Shown one piece after another: positions 1 through 12,658 of a stretch of 64,000 nucleotides of DNA. The notes under the pieces are model-generated. The model was not told the origin of the DNA and did no database searches. It saw only the letters and a list, made by a program, of their open reading frames with translations. The translations under genes and the position numbers were made by a program. The stretch is from contig NC_057752.1 in NCBI RefSeq assembly GCF_004010195.1, positions 1,255,036 to 1,319,035 on the forward strand, read 5' to 3'. The stretch comes from Chiloscyllium plagiosum. Lineage: Eukaryota. Position 1 is the stretch's first letter. The number at the start of each line of letters is the position of its first letter.

Positions 1-197
1 CCCTGGATCCCAAGCACAGCTGTTAGATGCTGCAGAATGTTTTCTCTTTCCCCCTGCCTTTTGTAACTGTCCTAATGTGGTCTGCAAATACAGAAACTGG
101 ATCCAAGGCCTCTGCAGTAAACTAGGTAGAAGGAAGTTTCTTCAATTCTCCTTTTCTCATTTCTTCCACCCACCCACCCAAACCCAGCGATTGTGGG

Positions 198-575
198 GGG
201 TCAAATGAAGAGAGATTGAACAGTTTAGGCCTATACTCTCTGGAATTTAAAAGAATGAGGGGAGATCAAATGGAGGGATTCAAGCTGATTATGGATAAAA
301 TGGATGTGCAGTAGATGCTTCCTCTTGTGGGGCGTTCTAGGATGAGAGGTTATTAGTCTTAGGATAAGGAATAGTAAATTTAAGACAGTTGAGGAGAAAC
401 TACTACTCGCAAGGGGTTGTGAATCTGTGGAATTCGCTACCCCAAAGTGTGGTGGATGCTGGGACAGTGAGTAAATTTTGAGGAATTAAACAGATGTTTA
501 ATTGGTAATGGGTTAAAGGGATGTGGAGAGAAGGTAGGAAAATGGGGATGAAGGGCATACCAGCCAAGATTGCGT
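198..575 (+). mobile_element. CR1-type LINE 3' fragment (intronic)
   Basis: Encodes a decayed E-RL--LGLYSLEF-RMRGD C-terminus; a near-identical family copy lies at 44480-44890. Confidence 0.8.
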
Positions 576-667
576 CTGCTCTAATTTCAGTGGTGGGGCG
601 GGGCGGTGGGGAGGGGAGAAGGGTGGGTGGTAATGAAGTAAGGGTGATATGAGAAGAGCTTTTTTTT

Positions 668-955
668 TTGCTCATAGTGTGGAAGCAGCCCATTTGGCCC
701 ATCAGGTCCACACTGTGACCCTCTGAAGAGCATCCCACCCAGACCCATTCCCTTACCTTATCCCTGTTACGCTGCATTTCCCACAGTCAATCCACTTAAC
801 CTGCACATCTTTGGACTCTAGGAGGAAACTGGGGCACCCAGAGGAAACCCACTCTGAGAATGTGCAAACTACACACAGACAGTTGCCAGAGAGCAAAATC
901 GACCCCAGGTCCCTGGCGCTATGCGGCAGCAGTGCTAACTACTGAGCCACCCATT
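668..955 (-). mobile_element. HE1/V-SINE-type tRNA-derived SINE
   Basis: Reverse strand reads gtggctcagtagttagcactgctgcc...ctgtgtgtagtttgcacattct...gggtttcctc; same family as 15231-15571. Confidence 0.8.
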
Positions 956-1639
956 GGTGTTTTTATGTGCAGAACATCAAGTAGTTCAGGTCTAGAATGC
1001 ATTGCACTGTCTGGAAATGGGATGGAGGCATTCAAGAGGAGCTTTGAATGGTGAATTGGATTGTAATTGAGTGCAGGGATATGGGGGAAAAGGCAGGAGG
1101 TTAGCACTAGGTGACTGCATGATGGGCTGAGTGGCGTCATTCTGCCCTGTAACAACTCTGAGGAGTTGAATCCACTATGATACCTCTGATCGGTTTACAT
1201 TGAAAGCCAGTGGCATATTCTGCTCCCTGCCCAAGTTGCTTTTTACCTCTTCCAATTTTAAAGAAATTCTGTTAGCATGTGTTATCATTTGGACTGAGTT
1301 GTACTGAAACTGCTGAGCAGTTGTACCTCCCCCATGAACTATCAGCAGTAAGGGCCACATTGAGCAAAAGAGAGTCTCCAATCAGTCAGTGTGTTGTTAG
1401 CAGCTCTCTGGTTGCTTTGCCTGTTGTTGGCCAATTCAAACCAGAGCAGTAGTTGGACTTGTAGATTTTTGAGGTTGGGAGGTGGGGAGAGCAGCAACAC
1501 ATAATGCCTGATCTCCCATCACCTAGTAATGCCTGCCTGTATATGCAGGCATGAGGAGCTGATGGAGTTAGACCTGGTTCGGTTGCTATCCTTTCTCCTC
1601 TTCTTTGTAAAACAACTAAAGAATCAAGAGATATGTTTA

Positions 1640-2130
1640 GAACGTAGGAGTAGGCCTTTCAGCCCTTTTAAGTTGCTTCACCATTCAATTTGATCATGGC
1701 TGATCATCCAATTCAGTCCCCTGTTCCTGCTTTGTCCCCAGACCCTTGGATCGAACCCTTGATAAGATTTTTAACCCAGGACTCGGTCTGATTTAAGCTT
1801 TCACTGCACTCTCTCCATATCCAGAATAACACCTTCCCAGGAAAGGAGACCAAAAATGCTCAATACTCCAGGTGGAGTCTGACCAAGACCCTGTATAATT
1901 CCACAAGACGTCCCTGCTCCTGTTCATGAATCCTCCCACTATGAAGGCCAACACCATTTACCTTCACTGCCTGCTGTATCTGAATGCTTACTTTCAGAGA
2001 TTGTCTAAGGACACCCAGGTCTCATTGCACCTCCTCCTTTCCCAATCTATCACCTTTCAGACAATGATCAGTCTTCCTGTTTTTGCTCCCAAAGTGCCTA
2101 AGCTCACATTTATCTGTTATACTGCATGTG
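1640..2130 (-). mobile_element. CR1-type LINE 3' fragment, decayed
   Basis: Tail ggagtaggcctttcagccc...tgatcatggctgat, plus the internal tactccagg/ggtct...accaag segment shared with other CR1 copies. Confidence 0.7.
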
Positions 2131-2875
2131 CCAATTCGTGGTGCAATAGACATGTAGCAGTGACTCAGACTCATGTGTGAAGCGATATTTTGTGATTCAT
2201 TGCTTTCTGAGAGAGAGAATTGGAAAGCCCTGCCTTTTTTGTGTGGCTTTTTTTTTTGACTACTTGTGTCACTGGTAGTGGGGGAATTTCCTTGCTCTTT
2301 CTACTGTTTTGAGCTCTTGATTTCAAAGAGTCTGGTGGGTTTTTTTTTATTTTGTTGCTTGAAGTGGGGGCTGTTTTCTGGCTCCCTTCCCCCTCCACCT
2401 TCTGGATGAAGGGCTTATGCCTGAGTGTGAACCCTCCTGCTCCTTGGATGCTGCCTGACATGCAATGGTGGCCCAAAGATGAATTTATTCGCCTCTGCGT
2501 TAAACTCTTCAAGGACTAAGCGCTGCCAGCAGTTTAAAGGTTTGGTCAGCGAGACGTAGGTGAGAAAGAGTGGCAGTGACTGGTATCTTTGTTTCCAAGG
2601 GTGGCAGAAGTGGGGACCATGAGTCAAGTCGAGGTCAAACTGCTGCCTGGTTTTGGGGCTGGGGAGAGAAGGAAGGTGAAAATGACTTCCTTTTATGTAT
2701 TGCATAGCATGGTAGTTCTCCTTCAGTCTGCGCACTGCTGCAAGAGAGATAAGAAGCATTTTGATTGCTTTGAATTCTTGAAGGAGCAAGAGTTCAGATG
2801 TGTTACAATCCTTTTTTTGTGTTCCTCCACCCAGGTATTAATTGTTCCTCTTGGTTTTTCTCTCCTTTGTTCCAG

Positions 2876-3064
2876 GTCTCTGGCATTGCACTTATTGTGA
2901 TTGGTATTCTGGTGCAGACCAAATTGAATGGCACCCTGCACATCACCAGTGTCACTGCTTCCGGAGCTCCTATTGTCATCATCATCGTTGGGGTGGTTAT
3001 CAACTTTGTTGCCTTCTTCGGCTGCTGTGGTGCCTGGAAGGAGAACTACTGCATGGTGACTACG
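2876..3064 (+). CDS. CD63: CD63 coding exon (end of TM1, EC1, TM2): VSGIALIVIG...GCCGAWKENYCMVTT
   Basis: Polypyrimidine tract plus tccag acceptor, 189 nt open frame, gtaagt donor. Confidence 0.96.
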
Positions 3065-6000
3065 GTAAGTGGTTCTTCTGCACTGCTTAAACCATCCCCA
3101 TCAACTGAAATTCCAAATGTAGTCGGCTATTCGCTGACCTGGAGGGCTTTCTAATCAAGAACATCCCTTCTGAGGAACGGTCACTCAACACTGATTTCTT
3201 TCCACGGATGCTACCAGACCTGCTGAGCTTTTCTAGCAGTTTCTGTTTTTGCATTACTTTTTTTTGGTCCTAACGATCCAAAAGCCACAATATGGTGCAG
3301 ATTAGTACGTTTGCAGCTTTCTGTTTTTAACATATTTGATGTTTTTAATGTATGGGATTTGCAGTAACTGCTAGACACTGGTTAGTTGGATTGTGATCAT
3401 TAGAGTTGTACAGCACAGAAACAGAGCCTTTGGTTCAACTCGTCCATGGCGACTGGATGTCCTAAATAAATCTAGTCCCATTTGGCCCATATCTCTCTCA
3501 ACCCTTCCTATTCATATACCCATCCAGATGCTTTTTAAATGTTGTCATTGAATCAGCCTCCTCTGGCAGCTCAGTCCATACCTTTGCTTGAAAAAGTTGC
3601 CCCTTAGATGCCTTTTTTAAAATTTTTTTCACTCTTGCTATAAGTCTATGCCATCTAGTGTTCCAATGCCCTGCCGCCCCAAAACTACCTTGTCCATTTA
3701 CCCTACTGCCTACGCTCCAGAGAAAACAGCCCCAGCCTGTTCAGCCTCCCCCTATAGCTCCAATCCTCCAACCCTGGCAATATCCTTATAAATCTTTTCT
3801 GAACCCTTTCAAGTTTCACAACATCTTTCCGATAGGAAGGAGACTAGAATTGTGTGCAGTATTCCAAAAATGACCTAACCAATTTCCTGTACAGCTGCAA
3901 TATGACTTCCCAACGCCTGTGCTCAATGCTCTGACCAATAAAGGAAAGCATACCAAGTGCTGCCTTCACAATCCTATCTGTCTGTGACTCTGCTTTCAAG
4001 GAGCTATGAACCTGCACTCCAAGGTCTCTTTGTTCAGCAACACTTCCCAAGACCTTACCTATGTGTATAAGTCCTGCCCTGATTTGCCCTACCAAAATGG
4101 AACGCCTTGCATTTATCTAAATTAAACTCACTTGGAAGTTTCCACATTTCTCTGCCAGCATTTGGAAAGACTGGTTTGTGAGCTTCCATGTTAGCACTGC
4201 CACCCCATGCAGATTAAAGACGACAAAAAACTGCAGATGCTGGAATCCAAAGTAGTCAGGCAGGAGGCTGGAAGAACACAGCAAGCCAGGCAGCATCAGG
4301 AGGTGGAGAGGTCAACATTTTTGGTGTAACCCTTCTTTAGGACCCCTGTATTCTTCACTTCTCTTTAGGTTTGTATCTAGCTCTTAAGAGGAGTGTTAGA
4401 AGTGGAAGGAATGCATTCCTGTACATGTGAGCAATTTATCCTGGTAACCAGTTACTGTCCTGATATCCGATTTGAGCATTTTGCAATGTTAATCTACGAG
4501 TGGAAGAGGATTTCATTAAGTTCTGGTTCGTGTGTTTTTGTTTTTAAACATTTGCATGTGGACTGCAAATGTCACTAATAAGGCCAAAATTTATTACCCA
4601 TTTAATTTTTTGGGAAGGTGTGGCAAGTTGTTGCTTTGAACTGCTATAGTCTGTTTGCTGCAGACAGCACTCTGTGCTGTCGGGGAAGGAGTTCCTTCAC
4701 TTTCACAAGGTTAAAAGTCCTGAAACTGCAACAAGCTTTTAAGTCTGGATGGTGAGTGGCTTGGAGGGGCCTTCCTTTTTCAGGCAGTGGTGTTCCCGTC
4801 TATCTGCTGCCCTTGCCCTTCGAGAGTGTAGATGTCAACAGGTTTGGCAGGTGCTGTCTGAGGAAATTTGGCTAGCTGCTGTAGTTTTATCTTGTGGATT
4901 TGGTGTCCGGCAAGTGGGGAGTATTCCATCACACTCCTGACTTGTGCCTTGTCAATGATGGGCAGGCTTTAGGGAGTCGAGATGAGTCACTCCCTGTGGT
5001 ATTTCTAACCTCTGACCTGCTCTAGTTGCCACTGTTTGTGGCAAGTCCTGTTGAGTTTCTGGCCAATAGTGGTAGGATTTGGCAATGGGTAATGACCATG
5101 AATGTCCCAGGCACGGTGGTTAGATTTTCTCTTGACTCAGGCAATGACCATCACAAACATGAGAAACTAGCAACACTAATGCAACACTTCAACCAAAGCC
5201 TGATATGTGAACATGTAGGGCTTTCTTTTTTTCCTTTTTTTTTTTTGTTGCAAGACCTGTACAGATGTGATGTCATAAATGGTGGTCTCATTATGACTCG
5301 CAATATGATACGGTATCATTTTAAACCCTATATTCCAACCCCCTGCCTTCCCTGCCTGCCCCCACCCAAACTGAGAAGAATAAGGAAGGATGGTTGAGTA
5401 GAGCAGGCATGAAATGCAAAGGCTAGTGACTAGTCAGGAGACTGTCCAGTGGTGAGCGGTAACTTGGTGACCAGCTTTAGTGGTCTGGAAGTGCTATCCT
5501 TCTGGCCCTCTGCCATCCGGGATTCTGAGCATTTGAAGAGGCTTTCAATTTTGACTTTTGACCCAATTGTGTTTTTGACCAACTTTCTAGAATGAAAAGT
5601 ATTGTTTCTTGGATGTGATAAAAGAATTTTTTCTTTTTGGTGTAATTATTAGTTGGGTTGGAGGTGAGGAAGAGGGCATAGACCAATAGTGAATCACAAC
5701 TGACTTAGTTGTCTCTGACTACAATGTTCCTTCTGTGCAGTCTATCTAATGTAATGGCAATCCTTTGTCTCCCCACAATTTTAGAAATTTAGCATTTAAT
5801 TTAAGGAGCCAATTTCAAAAGTGTTTTGCTGGTGAAGCTAGCTCACTCTTTTCTGTTTTAGTTTGCAGTTCTGCTGATCCTGATTTTCATTGTAGAAATT
5901 GCTGCTGCCATTGCTGGTTACATCTTCAAGGATCAGGTGAGTAAAGCGTTGGCCCATCCCTTCCAAAGTGCATGGATGGTTCTTTTTGAAGTGGAGCTGT

Positions 6001-9000
6001 TCTTTTTGAGTGCGAAGCCAGATTGTGTGCCATCCATCTCCCTTGATGCTCTGTGCGGGTGAATGGATTTTCTTCAAGTTTTGTAAGTGCTTCCCCAAGA
6101 TGATTCTGCTCCAAAGACACTTTTGACTTTTTTTGAAGTAATTGAGCACGACTTAATCAGACATTGCCAAATTATCACGAGGGTGCATTGGCCAACTCAA
6201 GGTTTTGACGGAATGACCAAGACTGATCAGCCTTTCCTCAGAGGGCCATTCTTCTATTGTCCGGTTTCACAATTGCTTTTTTTATTAAAACTGACTGCAT
6301 GAGAAATGCATGTTTGTGTATTACTGTGTCCAGTTAGCTTGAATTCCATCTTGTTGCCTCCTTTTTTTGATGAAGACAGCAATGTTTGAAATTCCTCTTG
6401 CGATCTGGACACTAACAAGCCCACTTACGCTAAAAAGTTAATGTTGAACTTATTAATTGTTTGTTTGTAGTTTTGGGTTGGAGGAGGGGGTGAGATTGAA
6501 AACAAACGGGAGCTGATATAATTGACCTCTTCCATTTTTCTACTCCTTGTTACCACTTGCAGTATTGGGTAGCATCCCTGTCATGGAGTCTAAAGCTTAA
6601 GAGTTCAAATCTCATTCCAGGATGTGATGGCCAAATCAGTTGTAAATCCTTCTGACACACTGCTATGACAGGCAGTAGCAGTGAGAGAAATTCTTATTTA
6701 GCTATGTAATTGAAAAAAAAAATTGGTGCCTTTTATTGTCACCATCCATAGTTCTGGAATACAACATGCAGATAAATGTGTGTTGTCACAGTAACTTGGA
6801 CTCCTTTTTTTTGTGTGGTGAAGTTCAGTTAGCTAGATGGGCAATCTAGATCAAATAGTAGTGTTCAATCCCCATTCCAGATGGAATGGATTTGGGAACT
6901 TCCTCCTTGCCCTACCTACATAGATCAAGACTCTGGGTTGGAACTGCCTTGTACGTGTTCCTACTTGAGTGAGTTTTCGTTCAAACTTGCCTCCCTCCCT
7001 CCAACTGGATAATGCAAGTTAAGAGAATCTAAACAGTCATGGGTTTTGATTTGTCTGCGTAACCTCCTAGTCAAAGTAGCTTCTACTTTTGAATGTTGTG
7101 AACACAAGCTGCCTTGTGAAAGATTTTCAGCTGAGTTTTGTAATTTGTTGCAGTGGTTGGCTGGTGTCGCTTTTTTCACATTCTGAAGTTCTGTGTGTGC
7201 GCCTCTTCTGTAATTTTAAGGCTTTTGATTTTATTAGCAACTTATTTTCCTTCACCAACAGATCCGTGAGGTCTTTGAGAAATCGTTTAACGATACTATG
7301 GCAAATTACAACAAAACAGGAAATGCTGTTAACATTGACGAGTTGCAGAAGCAGGTGAGCTTGAAACTCTTGATCCTTTTTTGAGTTTAAATTCCATTAA
7401 AAATGGAGGAGCCAATAGTGAAGCTTTTTTTGGGGGTTGGGGAAATGAAAAGCAAGTGTACCATGAATGTACTTTTTGGGCAGATTTCTTCATGTTCTCT
7501 CCCCACCCCCAAACCAGCCACCTTTTTTTTAAATTATTCCTCAATTTATAAACTCAACAGCCATTCCAGAGGTTTTCTTGCACTGTTCTTTGAATTGAGC
7601 AAAGAAGCAATTGAGTGAGCAAATCCAGTGGGGATATTCCCTATTGGGACTCCAGTGAAACTGCTATCTCGTTTTCTCCATGTTTAGCAAAGTTTGCTTT
7701 TCAGCAGTCCCTTTCTTTGCTGATTTCCTGCAGAAACGGCAACTCTTGTGATGCCGAAAAGTAGGAGTTCACTCATTTTTGAATGATTTTGAAGGGGACT
7801 GCAAGGGAAATCAAACCTGCACTTTATTACTGGACTGGGACTTTGCGATGCGATGCAGTGAGCTCAGCGACATTACTTCAAATTGCACTGACCACTTGGC
7901 AGCCCTCCAGAAACTCTGCTTGCCCCAGATTGGTGCATTTGAATTTGTACACATCCATGGTTATACCTCTGTAGCCCAATGCCCAGCTCCTCACTTGAAA
8001 TTTTGTTCTTTTTCAGTTTCGTTGCTGTGGAAGTACCTCCTACAGAGATTGGCTTACAATATTGAACAACACCGTCCCAGATTCCTGTTGTAAAAATGAG
8101 ACTCAAAACTGTGGGAAAACTCCTACTCCGAACAAGGTTTATGAAGAGGTGAGTACTAGTTTGTGACTCTTAATCTTTCAAGTCAGTGCCTGCTGGGAGT
8201 GGGAGGCATATGGAGGAGGATGCAAGTGCCCCAGCTCTGAATTTCTTATTCGACAGAGATTGGCCACAGCTTGGCAGCCTTTTGGGACAAACCTGGCTAA
8301 CTTGCTCTCTTGGTTTGTTGCCATCGCTGCCATGCGGCAGCTTGACAGTTGATGGCACCAAATTTGGCAGCAAGAGGATCTTCATCAGAACATGCCTTGC
8401 TTCCACCTGGTCATTTATTTTTTTCATATGCATGTCTACATGCATGCTGTAAAATGGCAAAGATCCCCCTTCAGTTTCGGTCACAATAAGAAACCAATTG
8501 GGTGACCGATCAGAGTGAATACTTGGGCATTGAGGTGTATCTGGAACCTATGGATTCTCCTTAATCCTGTGTGTTGAAGCTATCTCATGTCCACTTTTTG
8601 CAATCCTGATTTCGCACTTAAATATACTCTTATTGCCTTTATACCCCTCTACAGATTCACTTGATCCCTGCTTTCTATACTTATGCCTTCTTTTTCTTGA
8701 CCAGAACCTCAATTTCTCTCGTCATCCAGCATTCCCAACACTAACTAGCCTTGCCCTTCATCCTAACAGGAACATATGGTCTCTGAACTCATTCTGTCAT
8801 TTTTTTTTTTAAAGCTTCCCACTTTCAGGCATCCCTTCACCTGTGATTATCTGCCCCCAATCAGCTTTTTGAAAGTTCTTGCCTAATACCATCAAAATTG
8901 GCCTTCCTCCAATTTAGAACTTTAACTTGTAGATCCAATGTATCCTATTCCATCACTATTTTAAAACTAATAGAATTATGGTTACTGGCCCCAAAGTGCT

Positions 9001-10647
9001 CCCCCACTGACACCTCAGTCACCTGCTCTGCCTTATTTCCTAAGAGTAGGTCAAGTTTTGCACCTTCTCTAGTAGGTACATCCACGTATTGAATCAGAAC
9101 ATTTTCTTGTACACACTTAACAAATTCCTCTCCATCCAAGCTCTTAACACAATGGCAGTCCCAGTCTGTGTTTGGAAAGTTTAAAATCTCCTACCATTAC
9201 CACCCTATTATTCTTATAGATAACTGAGATTTCCTTACAAATTTTTCTCAATTTCTTGTTACTATCGGGGGTTTAATAATACAATCCCAATAAGGTAATC
9301 ATCCCTTTCTTATTTCTCAGTTCCATCCAAATGACTTCCCTGGGCGTACTTCCAGGAATATCCTCCCTAAGTACAGCTGTAATGTTATCCCCCCTCAAAT
9401 GTCACTCCCCCTCCTCTCTCACCCTCCTCTAAAGCCTGGAACATTAAGCTGCCAGTCCTGTCCATCTTTTAACCATGTCTCTGATTGCTATGATATACTG
9501 GTCCTATGTTACTAACCATGCTCTGAGGTAATTTGCCTTCCCTGTTAGGCCTCTTGCATTGGAAATAAGTATAGTTTAATCTATTGCTCCTACCTCGTTC
9601 TCTGTTTTGTTCCTGACTGACTGTGTCTGTTTTGACTGGCCTTTTTCTCAACTGCAGCAGCCTCTGACTGATCTTTCCTCACTATCTCTCTGGGCCCCAG
9701 CCCCCCTTACGAGTTTAAATCCTCCTGCGCAGCTCTTGCAAATCTCCCCACCAGTATATTAGTCTCACCTAATGCCCTTCCCTTCAGAAAGGGGAAACTG
9801 CTGTCCTTTTGCAGACAAACCTTCTTCCTTTCCTCCTCTCTTTCTTCCCCTCCCTCACGTCAAAGGGCAGCTCTGATACTGAGCCACTCCACTGCATCTG
9901 AGATACTGGGGCATGGGCATTTGAGATGCCAGCAATACCGACACCCTGAAGTTCTCAAAGTAGAGAAGGATGAAGACCCTTTTGGTGGACTTCCTCCCCT
10001 CTGTTTGTGTTCCAGAACTTCCTGTTCAGTCATTGCAGGCTCAGCCAGATCTGGTGTGAGCTAGTGGTGGGATAGCCTTCAGATTGAGCTGTGACTCTCC
10101 CTTGGCCTAAGTTTTAATATCTGTCTGGAGAGAGACAGTGCAACATGTGGAGTTGCACTCCTACTGTGGGCAGTACTACTATTGGGACTCTTTGAACGGG
10201 GTATTTTGTCTTGATGGGAAAGAAATCGTTTTTCCAAATTGCCCTTGTACCATGAGTCAATTCAGGTTCAGCTTGTGGTGTTACTTGTTCTGCAGTCTTG
10301 CTGTGAGCTTGGTAATTTCCCTGCTCTCTCTTTTAAGTAAGCTGTTGTTTCATGGTTTTTTTTTCTCCTTCTCTCTCTTCCTCCCTTTCTCCTCACCCCC
10401 CCCCGCCCCCCCCTCCCAAATCTTGTTTTCCACAGGGTTGTGTTAACGTCATTAACACGTGGCTCAAAAACAATATTGTGATTGTTGCAGGTGTGGCTCT
10501 TGGCATTGCCTTATTCCAGGTAAAAAAAAAAAAAGTAAATTCTATATAGTTGTGCTGTGGGCATGAAGTAAAATTAACAGGTGACATAAGCCATTTTCAG
10601 TCAGCTGCTTCATTTTGACTTGCGTGAGGCCAGCCAGCGGGCGCTCT

Positions 10648-10682
<35 letters not shown>

Positions 10683-12658
10683 TCCATTTTGTCTTTGTTG
10701 AAATGCAGGTGTTCCCAGCGAGCCAAGTGAGAGCCTCCAAAAGGGTGCATATGAATGTACATGAGTAGACCACTCAGCCCTTCAAACTTATTCTGCCATC
10801 CAATAAGATCATGATTGATCTGATTCTAACCTCCAACCTTACATCCCCAAATATCTCCTCGCCCCCCCCCCCCCGTTTCCTGTTTGCTCTTGTGCTGTAA
10901 TCCATTTTGTGATATAATTTAAACCAATCCTTCTCTAGAATTCAATCTTCTTTTGAAGCTACTGGAGTTGTTCCTAAGGCTAGGCCGTTTTCCTTTTTAA
11001 AGCGGCAAGTATCTTTTGGTTTCCCCTTGGGTTGGGAACCTCCTGTGCAGAGAGAAAATGGTATTGAGGCTTAAGATGAAACAAATTTGCAACGTTTCTT
11101 TAAAACTGTACAAAGCATTTTGATACAGCAAGCTTGGAGTGACTACCTCCTTTGGGAGAGCCAAGGGGGTCATCAACTCAAAAGTCATGAGGAGAGATGC
11201 GAGAAAGCTGTCTGCAATAGAGGGAGATGGAGGCTTGGAGAAGCAAACAAAAAGCATGATGAAATTTGATCTAAGACTGCTAACTAAAGGCCAAATGGCT
11301 GCTTGTTATAATTTCCAGGAGCCTAGTGATCTGAAGGCCTGAGTGGCTGTTGAGTATCCAATCCTGGCCTGGAATTAATTGCCACTGGCTGATTTCCAGA
11401 GGGCATACAGGATGGCTTGATCAATGACCTGGGTGTCTGGGAACAGCTACTTGTACATGTTTGGAGTGGGTAGTTTATTTTTAACAATACTCTTTTCCCA
11501 GCCATTACTTTTCTGGCAAGTGGCAACCAAGTTGGAGCTCGAACTCTGCCTCCAGTTCAGGAGGGCATAGACCTGTCAATAGAGTTATGAAGTGAGGGGC
11601 TCTGGTGGCACAGTGGTAGTGTCCCCACCTCTGAGCTAGGAGCCCCGGGTTCCATTCCCACGTACTCCAGAGGGGGGGTAATGGCGCACCAGAAATGTTT
11701 CTAGTTACTAAGATGTGAAATGATTAAATGAGCATGTGGCATCTCTATATTAGCATTGTCCAGCCGTAGTGGTGACGACCACAATTTTTGCACAGCCCAA
11801 TCCTGCTGGCATTTCACTTGTCAATTTCCCCTGTTTGGGTTGAGAGTTTTTAAAATTTTGTAAAAGTCTTACCTCATGGTTGAGCTCAAAGTTTTGAGAA
11901 GACGTAAGAATGGGAGAACAAACTCTGACCAAACAGAAGTAATAGTTGTGCAGACCTTTTTGGATTTTGAGAATTGTCGGTACTTTACAGGAGGAAATCC
12001 CATTGTTTAGACAACTTGGGGAATTTAGTGTGGATAAGATGCTCGGAAAATTGTTCTCTGTGCATTCTCTTGTTCCTGTTGTTGATATTGTAAATGCCAG
12101 TGTAGGGTCTTGGGCGGCTCTCTTCCCAGCAAGATGCCCATTCTTGAATGGACAGTAAAGTTTGCATTTCATAATCATACTAATAGTAATGTTAATTTTA
12201 TAATGGTCTCCAGTGAAAATTGCCTCTCAAAGCAACCATTCCCAGAACAGAATTCAGTTGTTTTTTAAAAAGATCTGCTATCTTAGTGCTTTCACAGCTA
12301 ATACTTCAAAAGTGAAGTGGTGCTTTTTTTCCTTTCCTGATGGCATTGTTTCGGGCTAATGTCAATATTGAAATGGTGTGGGCAGAAATTTGGTTCAAGT
12401 ACATTGAGTACCCTTGCAAGATGGCAGAGACTGGAAAATATACCCAACTGTAGGCAAAGGAGGTGGCCATTTTGTATGTACCGAGATCCCCCTCTTACTA
12501 ATGAGAATGATGAGCTGTTCATTGTTTTGTTGTTTATAAAGTACCTCTTTGTTGTGTAGTCTTTTAAAATGTGTTCTTTTTTTTTTCCCCAGCTCCTGGG
12601 TATCATCTTTGCCTGTGTGCTGATGAAAGGCATCCGAAGTGGCTATGAAGTAATGTAG
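2876..12658 (+). CDS. CD63: CD63 antigen (tetraspanin), 5'-partial spliced CDS join(2876-3064,5862-5936,7262-7354,8017-8148,10436-10519,12593-12658); 212 aa plus stop in window
   Basis: The spliced translation has tetraspanin hallmarks: GCCGAWKENYC after TM2, EIAAAIAGY in TM3, CCG, PDSCC and a further Cys pair in EC2, and the C-terminus KGIRSGYEVM*. Exon sizes 189/75/93/132/84/66 are all phase 0 and match the CD63 architecture as I recall it. All introns are GT-AG. Confidence 0.97.
3400..4130 (-). mobile_element. CR1 LINE 3' fragment
   Basis: Minus ORF VAEQRDLGVQVHSSLK...LEYCTQF (CR1 RT C-terminal region) and family tail. Confidence 0.85.
4222..4345 (-). mobile_element. Penelope-type terminal repeat fragment (source family of the 49-bp minisatellite)
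   Basis: gcagatgctggaatccaaagtag-caggcaggaggctggaagaacacagcaagccaggcagcatcaggagg also occurs at 44985-45043; degenerate hammerhead core. Confidence 0.65.
5862..5936 (+). CDS. CD63: CD63 coding exon (TM3): FAVLLILIFIVEIAAAIAGYIFKDQ
   Basis: ttttag acceptor, 75 nt, gtgagt donor. Confidence 0.96.
7262..7354 (+). CDS. CD63: CD63 coding exon (EC2 helices): IREVFEKSFNDTMANYNKTGNAVNIDELQKQ
   Basis: aacag acceptor, 93 nt, gtgagc donor; D-x-L-Q motif precedes the CCG exon. Confidence 0.93.
8017..8148 (+). CDS. CD63: CD63 coding exon (EC2 variable region): FRCCGSTSYRDW...VPDSCCKNETQNCG...VYEE
   Basis: tttcag acceptor, 132 nt, gtgagt donor; CCG and PxSCC motifs. Confidence 0.96.
8570..9765 (-). mobile_element. 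CR1 LINE fragment, APE endonuclease region (intronic)
   Basis: ORF 8945-9139 QYVDVPTREGAKLDLLLGN...EHFGASNHNSISF carries the AP endonuclease PTR/LDL/SDH motifs. Confidence 0.88.
10436..10519 (+). CDS. CD63: CD63 coding exon (end of EC2, TM4): GCVNVINTWLKNNIVIVAGVALGIALFQ
   Basis: cacag acceptor, 84 nt, gtaaaa donor. Confidence 0.95.
10644..10683. repeat. Compound microsatellite (CT)n directly followed by (CG)n
   Basis: ctctct...ctc gcgcgcgcgcgc seen directly. Confidence 0.9.
12593..12658 (+). CDS. CD63: CD63 last coding exon: LLGIIFACVLMKGIRSGYEVM*
   Basis: T-tract plus cccag acceptor, 66 nt, GYEVM (YXXphi) then TAG. Confidence 0.97.
   Translation, partial: LLGIIFACVLMKGIRSGYEVM

Noticed and set aside
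2798..2875. ORF-track N-terminal extension (MCYNPFF...) as the CD63 start
   Set aside because: It is the intronic polypyrimidine tract; the true first coding exon is not in the window.
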